From a virus (lineage: Duplodnaviria > Caudoviricetes), in the IMG/VR virus record IMGVR_UViG_3300025779_000005, positions 1 to 53,940 of that record: a stretch of DNA of 53,940 nucleotides; one strand, given 5' to 3'. The stretch's first letter is position 1; the number at the start of each line of letters is the position of its first letter. The position numbers and the translations under genes are program-made. Positions 42,900 to 52,491 of the stretch are shown here, one piece after another. The notes below the pieces were generated by a model. That model made no database searches and was not told the origin of the DNA. It saw only the letters and a list, made by a program, of their open reading frames with translations.

Positions 42900-45800
42900 T
42901 TATTTTATGTTGAAGTAACGAAGTATCGGAGCGCCATAGGTATTTGCATAATACTTTTTAGAAGCATCGCTCATTTTATTAGCACTTCCGCTTGTAGCTA
43001 CTTCAAAAGCACTTTTCTTTGCTTCGTTTGGTTGACCTTTGTTAACAGTTACTTGATCTTTAAACATCTGTTCAAGCATTTGTTTTTCAGAATCATAGTA
43101 AGCTGGATCATAATGATTATTAAACGAGTTAGTAGCTTGTTCGCCTGTGGCTCTACTAAAATCACCGCCTAAAGATCCGTTAGTTGGTTTAGATGCATTT
43201 TGCCATTGGCGGAAATATTCTTGTTTATCAAGTTCGCGCTGCTGCTGAACCATGATGTCTGCCATAAGTTTTGCTTTTCCGTCTGGCGAATTTGACAACG
43301 ATGGGAAGTTTTGGATCAACGACTGCAATGCCGCATAAGAATGCTGGTCAAGGGCTTGTGCCTGTTGTCCCTGAAGACGAGAAAGAACCTTGTTTACTTC
43401 TTCGGCGCTTGCAAGATTTTCACCATTCCAAATGTTGCCTTTCATTCCAATTGCATGTGCAAGGCTGTTAATTTTTTGTTCTGCCTGTTCAAACAATGGA
43501 GCATATGCGCCAGATCCAAGGGCAGTATCAGAAGGGATCTCTGCCAAAGAATTTCCTAATGCATATATGTTCTGCTGTTGGCCCTTCAAAGAATCAGCCA
43601 ATGCTGACTGCTTCGCAAAAAGGTTTGCAGATAAACGTTGATTACGAATATCTTCAGGCTCTAATGCCACTTTCTTTTGAGCGTCTTGTGCAGCGGCAAC
43701 TTCTTCTGGCGTCAAACTAACCGGAAGAGCATTAACAGGAGTTCCAACAATTGGCTGTTGTTTCGTAGTGCTTGCAGCCTCAGGGTGCGCTTGTACGTAT
43801 TGAGAGGTCAAGCGTGGATCCATTTGAAGCTGACCCTTTTGCATAAGGTCTGTTGCATCCTGTAAGTTATAAGGGCGCATAATTCCATCTGGACCAATAC
43901 CGATGATGCTATCGACGCCATTAATCTTAACAATAAGTTTGGATGGGATACCTGCCATCGTGGATGCAGCAGCAGCATTTGTAGCGGAAATTTCTGCCTT
44001 CTGACGCTGCAATTGTGGGTAAGCCTGAGCTGCACCCGCGAGACCTTCAAGAGCTGCCGCCCCAAGGAATGGACTGCGGGAACTAGCCATGGTGCCAAGA
44101 CCTGTAGCAATGGTTCCCCAGAATGTTGAATCCTGCAGTTCTTTAGGAACACCCAATTTGTTTGCAAGGTAATCAAATGCACCCGGTTCTGGCGCTGCCG
44201 GTGTTGGCAAATATGTTTTAGCGCGAGGAACAAGGCCACCTTCTGGAGCAGACGCATCTGGAGCAGGTTGTGCAGTCGTGTCAGAAGAATCTGCAGCCGC
44301 AAGGGCTGTCTTAGTAGCAGGAAGATCTGGCCCATCCGTAACAACTTTATTGCCGGCGCCCAATCCGGTTGAAACAACTGGCGTATCAGAACCATCAGTT
44401 AAGCCAGCGTTGAATTTTTTTACGTAAGAAGGAACGGTTGTCCCTAATTGATCTGAAGCGTTCCCAGCTTGCGCACGAGGTTTTCCAGAGAACCAAACAG
44501 ACGCGGCATCTTCTGGCGTGCCATATCTGTCCAGCGCCTTACTAAAATGATGTGTAAACACTTGATCTTGCGCTTCTGGGCTTGCCAAGAAATCTTCCGT
44601 AGACATGGGTTTACCAAGGGCTTCTTGAGTCCACGACGGAATATTTGAACCCATTACTTGGTATTTGCCATATCCACGATCGCCCGTCTTTGTAGCTGGA
44701 CCAAGAGCGCCATAATTATTGCTGCTTTCGATTTCTCCAATGACTGGACCGTACTTGGTCAAAACATCATCATCCGCCGTGCCGCCATCATCATAGCCCG
44801 TGCGACCGCCGTACGCTTTTGGAACCATGGCGGCGATGGCCATAAGATCTTTCATTGTTGGATCTTGCATAGAACCAGATGGCGCACTTGATTGCAGCAA
44901 TTTATTTTGCATTGCATCATTTTGATCAGGGATATCCAATGTTCCGCCAGCAGTGTCCGAATACAATCCTTCAGGCGTAGGGCTTCCACCTGCTGCAAGG
45001 CCAGTACGACCGCCACGGGCATTAGGGGTTGGTTCTGCCGGAGTTACTGTATCAATGTTATCTGATTGCGAAGGAGGCATAGGAGTTCCTGCAGGAGCAG
45101 GATTATTGGGCAAAGGATTAAATACAGTTGGCGCTACTTGTTTTAGCCAATCGGTTCCCTTCGTAAATGCAGCGTTTCCTGCATCCCAAGCTTTACCAAT
45201 TTTTTGAGCGCGCTCAACTGCACCTAAACCTTCTTCCATTGCAGACGGCCCAAGCGGATCTGGCTTACCTGCAGGTCTTAAACCACCAACTGGCAAATTA
45301 GCTTCTGGAACGCGACCATGAACACCAATGCCCGTTGATAGGTTTCTAGCGGAAGGAATCGCATTACTACTAGCGTTAGCGTACATCGCTTGGTGTCGTG
45401 CAATAATATTTTGAAGAGAATTTGGGTCATAGTAGTCAGCATAACCACCGTCAGCGTAACCTTCGCCAGCGTGTTGCATCCCAACCATTCCACCTTCGGA
45501 CACTAAACCGCCATGCTGATGTGCTGGACGAGAAGCCTTATCGTAATCAACTGTCTTATAACCGCCAGCCAAGCCAACTGCTTCTGGATGAACTTTTTCA
45601 ACGTCCTGAGCCATAAAGCCGATATGGGTCTGCTCGTTTGGATCCCCCTTATACTTAAACTTGTAAATTGGAAGACCGTTATTTGCAGTACCGACGCGCT
45701 TAATATCTTCTTTAAGGCGACGATCGGAGAAGAACGACATTGGCTGCGTTGCAGTGGTAGTTGAACCGGAAAGAGCACCTGTACCTTCTGCAATGTTGGC

Positions 45801-46997
45801 CAAGAACTGAGCAGTCTGGAATGGGTAAGCCTGTTGCTGCAAGAACTGATTATAAAGAGCCGTATTGCCAGCCTGTTGCGTCTGTTGACCAAGAGTACCT
45901 GCACCAAGTTGTGCTTGAGCGCCTTGCAGACCCGCAGTTTGAGCGCCAGCCCCAAGAGTTCCCTGTTGGGCACCAGCGGCTAATGATAATGGAACACCTT
46001 GCAATGCAGCATTCTGTGCAGCCGTTCCCAAAGCACCATATTGGCCAGCCGCAGTCATACCCTGACCTGCAATATTTGCAATATTAGCTGCGCCTGCCTG
46101 TTGGGCCTGACCTGCGTTGATAAGAGCCTGCTGTGCCTGACCGCCAAGTTGTCCGTATTGATTAGCAAGATTGCCCATCTGTCCGTACATAGCACCCTGC
46201 TGACCCGCAATACCTGCTTGTGCTCCAAGACCGGATAGATAATTTTGAGCTGCAGCCTGATAGCCAGTATTAGCCATCTGCCCAAGAGTTTGGCCCATAG
46301 CAAGGTTCTGCTGACCCATAAGAGCAGCTTGAGAAATATTGCCGCGATCCCCACCAAAAGCACCAGAACTAATTGCATTTCCCTGCAACTGTTGCTGCTG
46401 TTGTCTATTTTGATTTTGCATCATAGCAGCGGTTGAACCCATTGCATTCTGCACATAAGGATTCATATAGCCTTGTACGCCAGCTTGATAGTTTGGAGCA
46501 TTATAACCTTGCGAAATATTTCCAAGGCCACCAATGGTCTGGCCAGTTCCCATAGCCGCACCCATAGTTCCCGCTTGAGCAACTTGGTACCCTGGCTGTG
46601 CGGCATATGTAGCTTGTTGCAAGGGCGTCATTGCTGCAGCAGCTAACCCAGAGGCTTGCTGGTATTGTGGAATAGCACCCGCTGCAATTGTTTGAGCACC
46701 ACTGAAATAAGGCTGAGCTACATTTTGTCCTGCATTAATTTGGTTTATAGCAGATCCAGTTGTATTCATGCCAGCTTGGTAGCCCGTCTGAGCCGCATTC
46801 GCGTATTGATTTATATTACCAATTGCTGTGTTTTGTTGTTGATTTAAAGGCGCGACAAAGGAATTAGGATCACTGCTATATTCTTTAAATGGAGTACTTG
46901 CCGCGCCCTGTGCCGAAGCATTAACGGAGTTATACCGAGCCAACACCTCAGGAGGTATTTGTACACCAGACGTTGTTGTGCCGGTCTTGCCACCCAT
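42900..46997 (-). CDS. Large ejection polyprotein: Gln/Ala/Gly-rich pilot region, peptidase S74 (intramolecular chaperone) domain, lysozyme-like muralytic domain, helical C-terminus
   Basis: MGGKTGTTT start; AFGGDR; SDRRLKEDI..G..IY.F.Y...GFMAQDVE...PEAV...VDY (S74); IES..NY....GDRGYGKYQVM..N...W (lysozyme-like); seven xxxGG motifs in linkers. Confidence 0.8.
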   Translation of the reverse strand: MGGKTGTTTSGVQIPPEVLARYNSVNASAQGAASTPFKEYSSDPNSFVAPLNQQQNTAIGNINQYANAAQTGYQAGMNTTGSAINQINAGQNVAQPYFSGAQTIAAGAIPQYQQASGLAAAAMTPLQQATYAAQPGYQVAQAGTMGAAMGTGQTIGGLGNISQGYNAPNYQAGVQGYMNPYVQNAMGSTAAMMQNQNRQQQQQLQGNAISSGAFGGDRGNISQAALMGQQNLAMGQTLGQMANTGYQAAAQNYLSGLGAQAGIAGQQGAMYGQMGNLANQYGQLGGQAQQALINAGQAQQAGAANIANIAGQGMTAAGQYGALGTAAQNAALQGVPLSLAAGAQQGTLGAGAQTAGLQGAQAQLGAGTLGQQTQQAGNTALYNQFLQQQAYPFQTAQFLANIAEGTGALSGSTTTATQPMSFFSDRRLKEDIKRVGTANNGLPIYKFKYKGDPNEQTHIGFMAQDVEKVHPEAVGLAGGYKTVDYDKASRPAHQHGGLVSEGGMVGMQHAGEGYADGGYADYYDPNSLQNIIARHQAMYANASSNAIPSARNLSTGIGVHGRVPEANLPVGGLRPAGKPDPLGPSAMEEGLGAVERAQKIGKAWDAGNAAFTKGTDWLKQVAPTVFNPLPNNPAPAGTPMPPSQSDNIDTVTPAEPTPNARGGRTGLAAGGSPTPEGLYSDTAGGTLDIPDQNDAMQNKLLQSSAPSGSMQDPTMKDLMAIAAMVPKAYGGRTGYDDGGTADDDVLTKYGPVIGEIESSNNYGALGPATKTGDRGYGKYQVMGSNIPSWTQEALGKPMSTEDFLASPEAQDQVFTHHFSKALDRYGTPEDAASVWFSGKPRAQAGNASDQLGTTVPSYVKKFNAGLTDGSDTPVVSTGLGAGNKVVTDGPDLPATKTALAAADSSDTTAQPAPDASAPEGGLVPRAKTYLPTPAAPEPGAFDYLANKLGVPKELQDSTFWGTIATGLGTMASSRSPFLGAAALEGLAGAAQAYPQLQRQKAEISATNAAAASTMAGIPSKLIVKINGVDSIIGIGPDGIMRPYNLQDATDLMQKGQLQMDPRLTSQYVQAHPEAASTTKQQPIVGTPVNALPVSLTPEEVAAAQDAQKKVALEPEDIRNQRLSANLFAKQSALADSLKGQQQNIYALGNSLAEIPSDTALGSGAYAPLFEQAEQKINSLAHAIGMKGNIWNGENLASAEEVNKVLSRLQGQQAQALDQHSYAALQSLIQNFPSLSNSPDGKAKLMADIMVQQQRELDKQEYFRQWQNASKPTNGSLGGDFSRATGEQATNSFNNHYDPAYYDSEKQMLEQMFKDQVTVNKGQPNEAKKSAFEVATSGSANKMSDASKKYYANTYGAPILRYFNIK

Positions 46998-46998
46998 T

Positions 46999-47493
46999 TT
47001 AATGCTCCGTTATATTCTCGTCGTGTCCAGTTTGGACATTGTATAGGAAAAAAGCCCCAGCAGGAGGCCCGAATTGTCGTTCATAGAGGCGAACTTTTGC
47101 TTCAGTCCGATGGTTCGAAAGCACCCCAATGATAAGTGGAATGTTAAGGTCGTCGGCTACTTTCTTTGAGAACTCACATAGTTTACGAGCGCGTCCACCT
47201 TTTGCACTACGAAACTCAGGGTCAACAAAGATAGCCTTTTCTTCAAGCATCCATTCATCAGAATACCACATCTGTGACGTGCGGAGAAGGACCGCTCCTT
47301 CAATCTTCTTTCCGGGTTCCCCAATGATCCCGACTAACCCCTGCCAAAGATATAATGCGGGCTTGATCATGCCCAACATCTTCATAGGATTTACGCCTTT
47401 TATGCCGTTTTCTTCCCATGCCTTTAGTGCCAAATCTAGCATTGCCGTTTCATCTTCTGGCGTGCCAAGACGTATTTTCAATTCTTCTTTCAT
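46999..47493 (-). CDS. GNAT-fold acyltransferase
   Basis: IRLGTPED, E..IFVDPEFR...GRARKL, LYERQFG; adjacent to the ejection-protein gene, as in many podoviruses. Confidence 0.75.
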   Translation of the reverse strand: MKEELKIRLGTPEDETAMLDLALKAWEENGIKGVNPMKMLGMIKPALYLWQGLVGIIGEPGKKIEGAVLLRTSQMWYSDEWMLEEKAIFVDPEFRSAKGGRARKLCEFSKKVADDLNIPLIIGVLSNHRTEAKVRLYERQFGPPAGAFFLYNVQTGHDENITEH

Positions 47494-48161
47494 TAATCCC
47501 TCTTCGGTCCCGGAAGTTTCTTCAATGTATCAATCGTTTTATTACGATACCCCTTAACAAACTCATCAAGAATTTGGTGTCCGTGGTCTATATCCCCATG
47601 CCCAAGATGTGTAACATCTTCTGGAGAAATTACATACTCACCGCCTGCAGCAACTATTTCAACTGGAGTTTTTCCACCTGCTGCACGGATACCGTATGGT
47701 TTACCGCCTGCATAAGGATTTTCGCCTTCGGCATATGGTTGTTTTTTCTCTTGGAAATATGGTTTGGAAGAGAACATTCGGCGAGCAATCTTGAACCCTG
47801 CCATTGTGTTGCCTTCACCCATAGCGCCAATAATATCAGCGGGAATCACGTAAGACCCAGATTTAACATTCATGGGTAGATGATCTGTACGTCCCGCAAC
47901 TGGGCTATGAATTGGACCCTCATGAACCATGGGCTGACCCTCTAATGGGTAGCTAGGCAATGGAACAGAGATGTCCGGCTTACGATAATCCAATGGGCCT
48001 GTTCGCGTTTCAGTGAACTGATTTGGGCCACCTGCTGCACGAGAATGACGAGCGGTATTTAAAGCAGCAGCAATTGCTTGTTTCTGCGGATGTCCGGCAT
48101 GAATCATTTCACTGATATTTGCACTGATTGTTTTCTGTGATGTACCTTTGTGCAGTGGCAT
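47493..48161 (-). CDS. GG-motif protein with duplicated G(S/E)YVI..D module
   Basis: MPLHKG.SQKTISANISE...QKQAIAAALNTAR, RAAGG, GRTDHLP..V..GSYVIPADII..MGEG, RAAGG, GGEYVISPEDV..LG.G. Confidence 0.7.
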   Translation of the reverse strand: MPLHKGTSQKTISANISEMIHAGHPQKQAIAAALNTARHSRAAGGPNQFTETRTGPLDYRKPDISVPLPSYPLEGQPMVHEGPIHSPVAGRTDHLPMNVKSGSYVIPADIIGAMGEGNTMAGFKIARRMFSSKPYFQEKKQPYAEGENPYAGGKPYGIRAAGGKTPVEIVAAGGEYVISPEDVTHLGHGDIDHGHQILDEFVKGYRNKTIDTLKKLPGPKRD

Positions 48162-48171
48162 GGTTCAACCC

Positions 48172-48582
48172 TTAATTTGATGCGCCAGAGATTTTAAAAG
48201 TAAGGTTTGTCGTCCCCGCAAAGGCTTGTATCGTGTAGTTTGAATCGATAGCAGTCCCGCCACGCCACGAAATAGTTGTATAAGCTGCGATCGGAGCAGA
48301 ATAATAAAGAGCGTTTAATGTGCCCGCAACATCACCAGGCGCTACAAAACAAATCGTAAATGTGTCAGCGGAACCAGACGTATTGCAAATGTCTATACCC
48401 GTAACAGTATATTGAAGAGTGTTGGGGACTGTATAAAGAACGTTAGCAGTTGTTGTTGATTGAACAGTTGGAGAAGGATCTGCAATATAGACATAGGACA
48501 TGTACGACAGAATTTGTGCCATATTGTTAATAGCAACAACGCCATTTTTCTGTGTAGTGAGGATATCGTCTAAACTAGCCAT
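48172..48582 (-). CDS. Small tail-associated structural protein
   Basis: MASLDDILT.QKNGV..IN, LYTVP, ICNT...beta-rich; coupled to the tail tubular gene. Confidence 0.6.
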   Translation of the reverse strand: MASLDDILTTQKNGVVAINNMAQILSYMSYVYIADPSPTVQSTTTANVLYTVPNTLQYTVTGIDICNTSGSADTFTICFVAPGDVAGTLNALYYSAPIAAYTTISWRGGTAIDSNYTIQAFAGTTNLTFKISGASN

Positions 48583-50891
48583 TAGTAGCGCCCATCCAAT
48601 TGATAACGGTATTTAATTCCGCCCAAACGCCAAAATGTGCCAACATCTTTCGAAGACAGAGAAAACGCCATAAACCTAGCACGAATACGACAAGAGATAT
48701 ACTCAGTAGCCTGTGTCATAGGAAACGTAGCAGAACTAACCAGTCCTGATGGCGATCCAGTGTATGAACCCGCAGAAGACAGTGCGTCAACCGAATAATT
48801 GCTGTAATATATTGTAAGATACACCGTAGCGTTTTGATTACCGCTATATGTTCCCCATTTCATATCAGGCCAAATTTGGTCAACAAAAACAATATTGTCG
48901 GCTTCATTTAATTGGAAATAGCCCGTTTGAAAAGACGACAACATAGCTGTTGTTTGATTTCCATTGGAAGCATCGTTACCTACTTCATGCTGATAAAGAT
49001 AAGTATCAGACCCAGCACCAATGGGAGACCCAAGGACAGATTGATCAATCCAAGCAGTGCGGCCAAGAGTACCAAAGTCCCACTGTTGGAGGATTGTGTT
49101 ATATTTGGCATAGCTATCATTTTCTGTAGCTGTCGCAGATGGGTAATACCAAGTTATCTCATTGAATTGACTATTTACGCCGCAGCAAACTTTATAAAGA
49201 TATGCTGTATTGATGTTTTGGAAAATAGCATCCCAAATAGGGCACGGGATAGATTGAGACCCTGTGCCACTAGACATGAAAAATTGTTTTTGGGACATCC
49301 AATAAACAACGCCATTCAATTGCCCGATGCAATGTCTAGAAATAGCGCCACAGTTAGATGCAACTTTATTGAAACCATAAACAAACGGAGGGCCGATGTA
49401 TTGCATCGCCCACATATCAAGATCAGTCCATAGAAGACCTTGTTGAGCAGCCTGAACGCCAGCGACAATTTTAGAACCTGTAGAAATACGGTATGAACCA
49501 GCTTGATTTGTAACGGCAGCATCCCAAACTGTAAAATCAGTTACATCTGACCAACGGACAAGCATAGGATCGGGTGAAGATGTAAATGACGACCCATAAG
49601 CAACAATTTGCCGTTGTGGCATAGCTACAAAAATACCACTATTGACCAATGGGCAATTGCCGCCAATGTATTGAGCTGTTTGCAATTTCCCATTTGGATC
49701 ATATTCATAGATTGTGCCACCAGCGGGGCAAGCGACAAGATAAGACCCAAAGTTATCAAGCGTCCAGTCTGTCGTTGTAATTGGTGTACCGGCAACGGAT
49801 GGTTGAATTGAACCTGCGCCAAATCCCCCCGTTCCAAAACCGCCCACGCCAAACCCCGTAGTTGTAGGTTGTGGACCCAAAGCAATGTAGAAATTAGAAT
49901 TGATTAATCCGCCATTAATGGCCGTCGGGCCACCGCTGGATGTTGCGACAGTAGCTGCATTAAATGTAAATGTATTAGCCGTAGGAACCGTCAAAACTGT
50001 ATATATGCCGGAGAGGGTGATCCCGCCAACAGTAACTGGTATACCAACATAAAACTCATACCCAGCATAATAACCGTGATTATTCAGCGTTCCTGTGACA
50101 ATATAAGAACCGCTAGTTGTGGTAAAAGAATATGACGCACCATCGTTTGTAACGGTAGATGTAGCTAATGTTTCCGCATATATTGCATAATTCGTGCCAT
50201 ATTTTACAGTACCCGCTACTGTTTGTGCGCCCGTTGCGGTGCTTGCAAACGAAACAGACGTTGTAGATGATGCCGTGACAACCCAAGTCCCATTGTACCC
50301 TATTGGCGTAACACCACTTACTACAATAGTGGACCCAATAGGTGCCGCTGCTGCTGCTGCCGAAAATGTAAGAGTAGCCGTTGTTCCGGTTCCACTTGCT
50401 GCCGTCGTTGTGGCTGTCACTGCTACAGATGCGGATTGTAAAGGATATGGTCCATTTAAAATAACGCCGCCCACGGAAACGGGAGTTATGTAATTTACAT
50501 AATCCAAAATAGACGCAATCAAACCATAATCAACGACATTTACAATTGCAGAACCACTTGTCGTAGAAAATTTTGCCGTTTGATTGGTAATTGTTGTTTG
50601 TGGTGTAATATTGATCAAATTATTGTTCGTCAAAACATCTAACGATGATTCCGCCCCAATCCCAAGATGGTTAACGGCGTTAATATCAGACCATCCTTTT
50701 AGCGCACGAATAGTTGATCCAATGGCTGTGTTAAAATAAGAAACCCAACCACCCAATTTTTGAGCCAAGCCAAGACCATTTCGTACTGGCAAAAAACGAA
50801 TCAACTGAGAAGATGAATAAGCGGCTTCATTAAGAGAAGGAGTTGTATTTGTCTCAACGCCCGGTTTTAATTTTATTGTTGTATGAGGCAT
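48582..50891 (-). CDS. Tail tubular protein B / nozzle (P22 gp10-like beta-propeller) with inserted beta modules
   Basis: KPG, KLGGW, WTLDNFG..L, DPMLVRWSD, NQAGSYR, GPPFVYGF, FNEITWYYPS, RTAWID, RIRAR..., WRLG. Confidence 0.8.
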   Translation of the reverse strand: MPHTTIKLKPGVETNTTPSLNEAAYSSSQLIRFLPVRNGLGLAQKLGGWVSYFNTAIGSTIRALKGWSDINAVNHLGIGAESSLDVLTNNNLINITPQTTITNQTAKFSTTSGSAIVNVVDYGLIASILDYVNYITPVSVGGVILNGPYPLQSASVAVTATTTAASGTGTTATLTFSAAAAAAPIGSTIVVSGVTPIGYNGTWVVTASSTTSVSFASTATGAQTVAGTVKYGTNYAIYAETLATSTVTNDGASYSFTTTSGSYIVTGTLNNHGYYAGYEFYVGIPVTVGGITLSGIYTVLTVPTANTFTFNAATVATSSGGPTAINGGLINSNFYIALGPQPTTTGFGVGGFGTGGFGAGSIQPSVAGTPITTTDWTLDNFGSYLVACPAGGTIYEYDPNGKLQTAQYIGGNCPLVNSGIFVAMPQRQIVAYGSSFTSSPDPMLVRWSDVTDFTVWDAAVTNQAGSYRISTGSKIVAGVQAAQQGLLWTDLDMWAMQYIGPPFVYGFNKVASNCGAISRHCIGQLNGVVYWMSQKQFFMSSGTGSQSIPCPIWDAIFQNINTAYLYKVCCGVNSQFNEITWYYPSATATENDSYAKYNTILQQWDFGTLGRTAWIDQSVLGSPIGAGSDTYLYQHEVGNDASNGNQTTAMLSSFQTGYFQLNEADNIVFVDQIWPDMKWGTYSGNQNATVYLTIYYSNYSVDALSSAGSYTGSPSGLVSSATFPMTQATEYISCRIRARFMAFSLSSKDVGTFWRLGGIKYRYQLDGRY

Positions 50892-50894
50892 GGA

Positions 50895-51602
50895 TTACCT
50901 CGTCGGGCTGGCGACAGGAGCAGGCGAATAAGAAGTCCACGCTGCTGCTTGAAACTTTTTACGATTTTCTTCAACCAAAGCGCCAGCCTTTAAAGCTTGA
51001 TATTGACTTTCATATGTTTGAGCCATGGCAGGGTCATCGTTAAGACGCCCAAAGTTGCGCTGATAAGCTGAAATGTAAATCATAGATGCCATTATAAACA
51101 TGTCAGGAAGATACGTTGATATAAATGTTGAAGTGTTGGTAGCGGATAATGGGGCAGCATGAACAGTTCCCGTCAAACGGACTGAATAACCAAAATTTGG
51201 CGTTGGTCCAACAATCATATATTGGCTCATATAACCTGTAGTAGCATTATCACCCCCATAAACAGCAAAATACTGGGGCATTCCTGTCGCAGATCCCGAT
51301 CCGTAAACATTTTGTATGAACTCTTTAGCAACTGGCAAAAGCGGAATTGAATTGCCAAATCCGTCTAACACTTCAAAAGTTTGTGGGACAATAAATTGAA
51401 ATGTTGGAAGCGTTAATTGATTATTGCCAGATGTAAGTGAGTAGGCAGATGTGCTAATTTGTGTAGACAAAAAATCCAGATCGCGCTGCATACGCAATTC
51501 AGCATACGAAATCATTTGAGGCAAAATGATCTGAAAGTTGGTATCCGTTGTGGGAACCACCGACATTGTAGCTATCTGTTGGACGTAAGTATTATAATCC
51601 AT
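50895..51602 (-). CDS. Tail tubular protein A / adaptor-like protein
   Basis: I..AE.R..RDL, G.P.YFA, VGPTP...Y.V, T.IS...PD....AS. Confidence 0.75.
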   Translation of the reverse strand: MDYNTYVQQIATMSVVPTTDTNFQIILPQMISYAELRMQRDLDFLSTQISTSAYSLTSGNNQLTLPTFQFIVPQTFEVLDGFGNSIPLLPVAKEFIQNVYGSGSATGMPQYFAVYGGDNATTGYMSQYMIVGPTPNFGYSVRLTGTVHAAPLSATNTSTFISTYLPDMFIMASMIYISAYQRNFGRLNDDPAMAQTYESQYQALKAGALVEENRKKFQAAAWTSYSPAPVASPTR

Positions 51603-51604
51603 GA

Positions 51605-52117
51605 CTACCTAGCCAAGTTAAAAGCTGCTTGTTCCACATCTGAAACACGCTTAGACCATCCCCGCCCAAAGGTATCATAAGTCGCAAGACTTTGCAAAAA
51701 CGCTAATCGGGCTTCGCAGACTGACGTAACAACATCACGAGGGTTTGCCGCTTCAAGAGCACTAAGTGTAGTTGCCCCAATTTTTCCGTCCGCATTAACA
51801 CCGAGAACCGTTTGAAGGGTTTTCGCTGCGCGGGACGGCCCCGAATTGATGGCAAAATCGAAGACGGCATAATCCACCCCTACAGGAAGATTGTCACCGT
51901 TTATAGCATCCCAATACTTGCTGCGATAGAGAGGTTCGACATCATTTGGCGTCAAAGCTGCAATATCATCTTTCGTCACTGCATGGCCGACGTATTGCTC
52001 CCAAACCGCCTTGGTGCAGCCAAGATTGGTAGCGCCACCAGGGTCTTTTGGATTATCAACATAGCCGCCCTCGTTTTGAAGCACGAGCGTCAAGCATGGC
52101 TGCCAGTTACTTTGCAT
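51605..52117 (-). CDS. Endolysin, glycoside hydrolase family 108 with C-terminal peptidoglycan-binding region
   Basis: EGGYVDNPKDPGGATNLG, YW, FDFAINSG..RA...LQ, DGKIG..T, FG.GW..RV. Confidence 0.92.
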   Translation of the reverse strand: MQSNWQPCLTLVLQNEGGYVDNPKDPGGATNLGCTKAVWEQYVGHAVTKDDIAALTPNDVEPLYRSKYWDAINGDNLPVGVDYAVFDFAINSGPSRAAKTLQTVLGVNADGKIGATTLSALEAANPRDVVTSVCEARLAFLQSLATYDTFGRGWSKRVSDVEQAAFNLAR

Positions 52118-52481
52118 GGACGCCTAATGTCTTTTCATAAGTACGCAAACCAGCCATACCAAGCATGGCCGTTACTAATTCCATAAGGGACTGATCCAAA
52201 GTAGGCAAATCATGCCACCCCGCCCCAACGGCGATTGGACGCAGAAGGTATTGGTATGCGAGGCCAAGTGCGCCAACCCACCCAATAGCAGGCCGCCAGC
52301 CACTAACAAAAATAGAAGACGATTGTGCTTCATTTGCATTCACCGTGTTTTGCTGTGCATCCCATCCCTGCAAAGAAGACCGTAAAGCTGCTTCCGCCTC
52401 TGCTTTTTGAGCGGGGTCTGGAATAAATTTGTTGACGATTTGTAGTCCTGCGTTAATTGCGTCATCGATACCAAAAGCCAT
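52107..52481 (-). CDS. Holin (3TM GTA-holin-like family)
   Basis: K.IPDP, N..EA.S.S.FV.GWRPAIGWV, MLGMAGLRTYEK; overlaps the endolysin start. Confidence 0.85.
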   Translation of the reverse strand: MAFGIDDAINAGLQIVNKFIPDPAQKAEAEAALRSSLQGWDAQQNTVNANEAQSSSIFVSGWRPAIGWVGALGLAYQYLLRPIAVGAGWHDLPTLDQSLMELVTAMLGMAGLRTYEKTLGVHAK

Positions 52482-52491
52482 GTTATTCCCC

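Noticed and set aside
45540-45730. Intein in the large ejection protein
   Set aside because: No C/S...HN splice termini; the motif matches the S74 intramolecular chaperone pattern instead.
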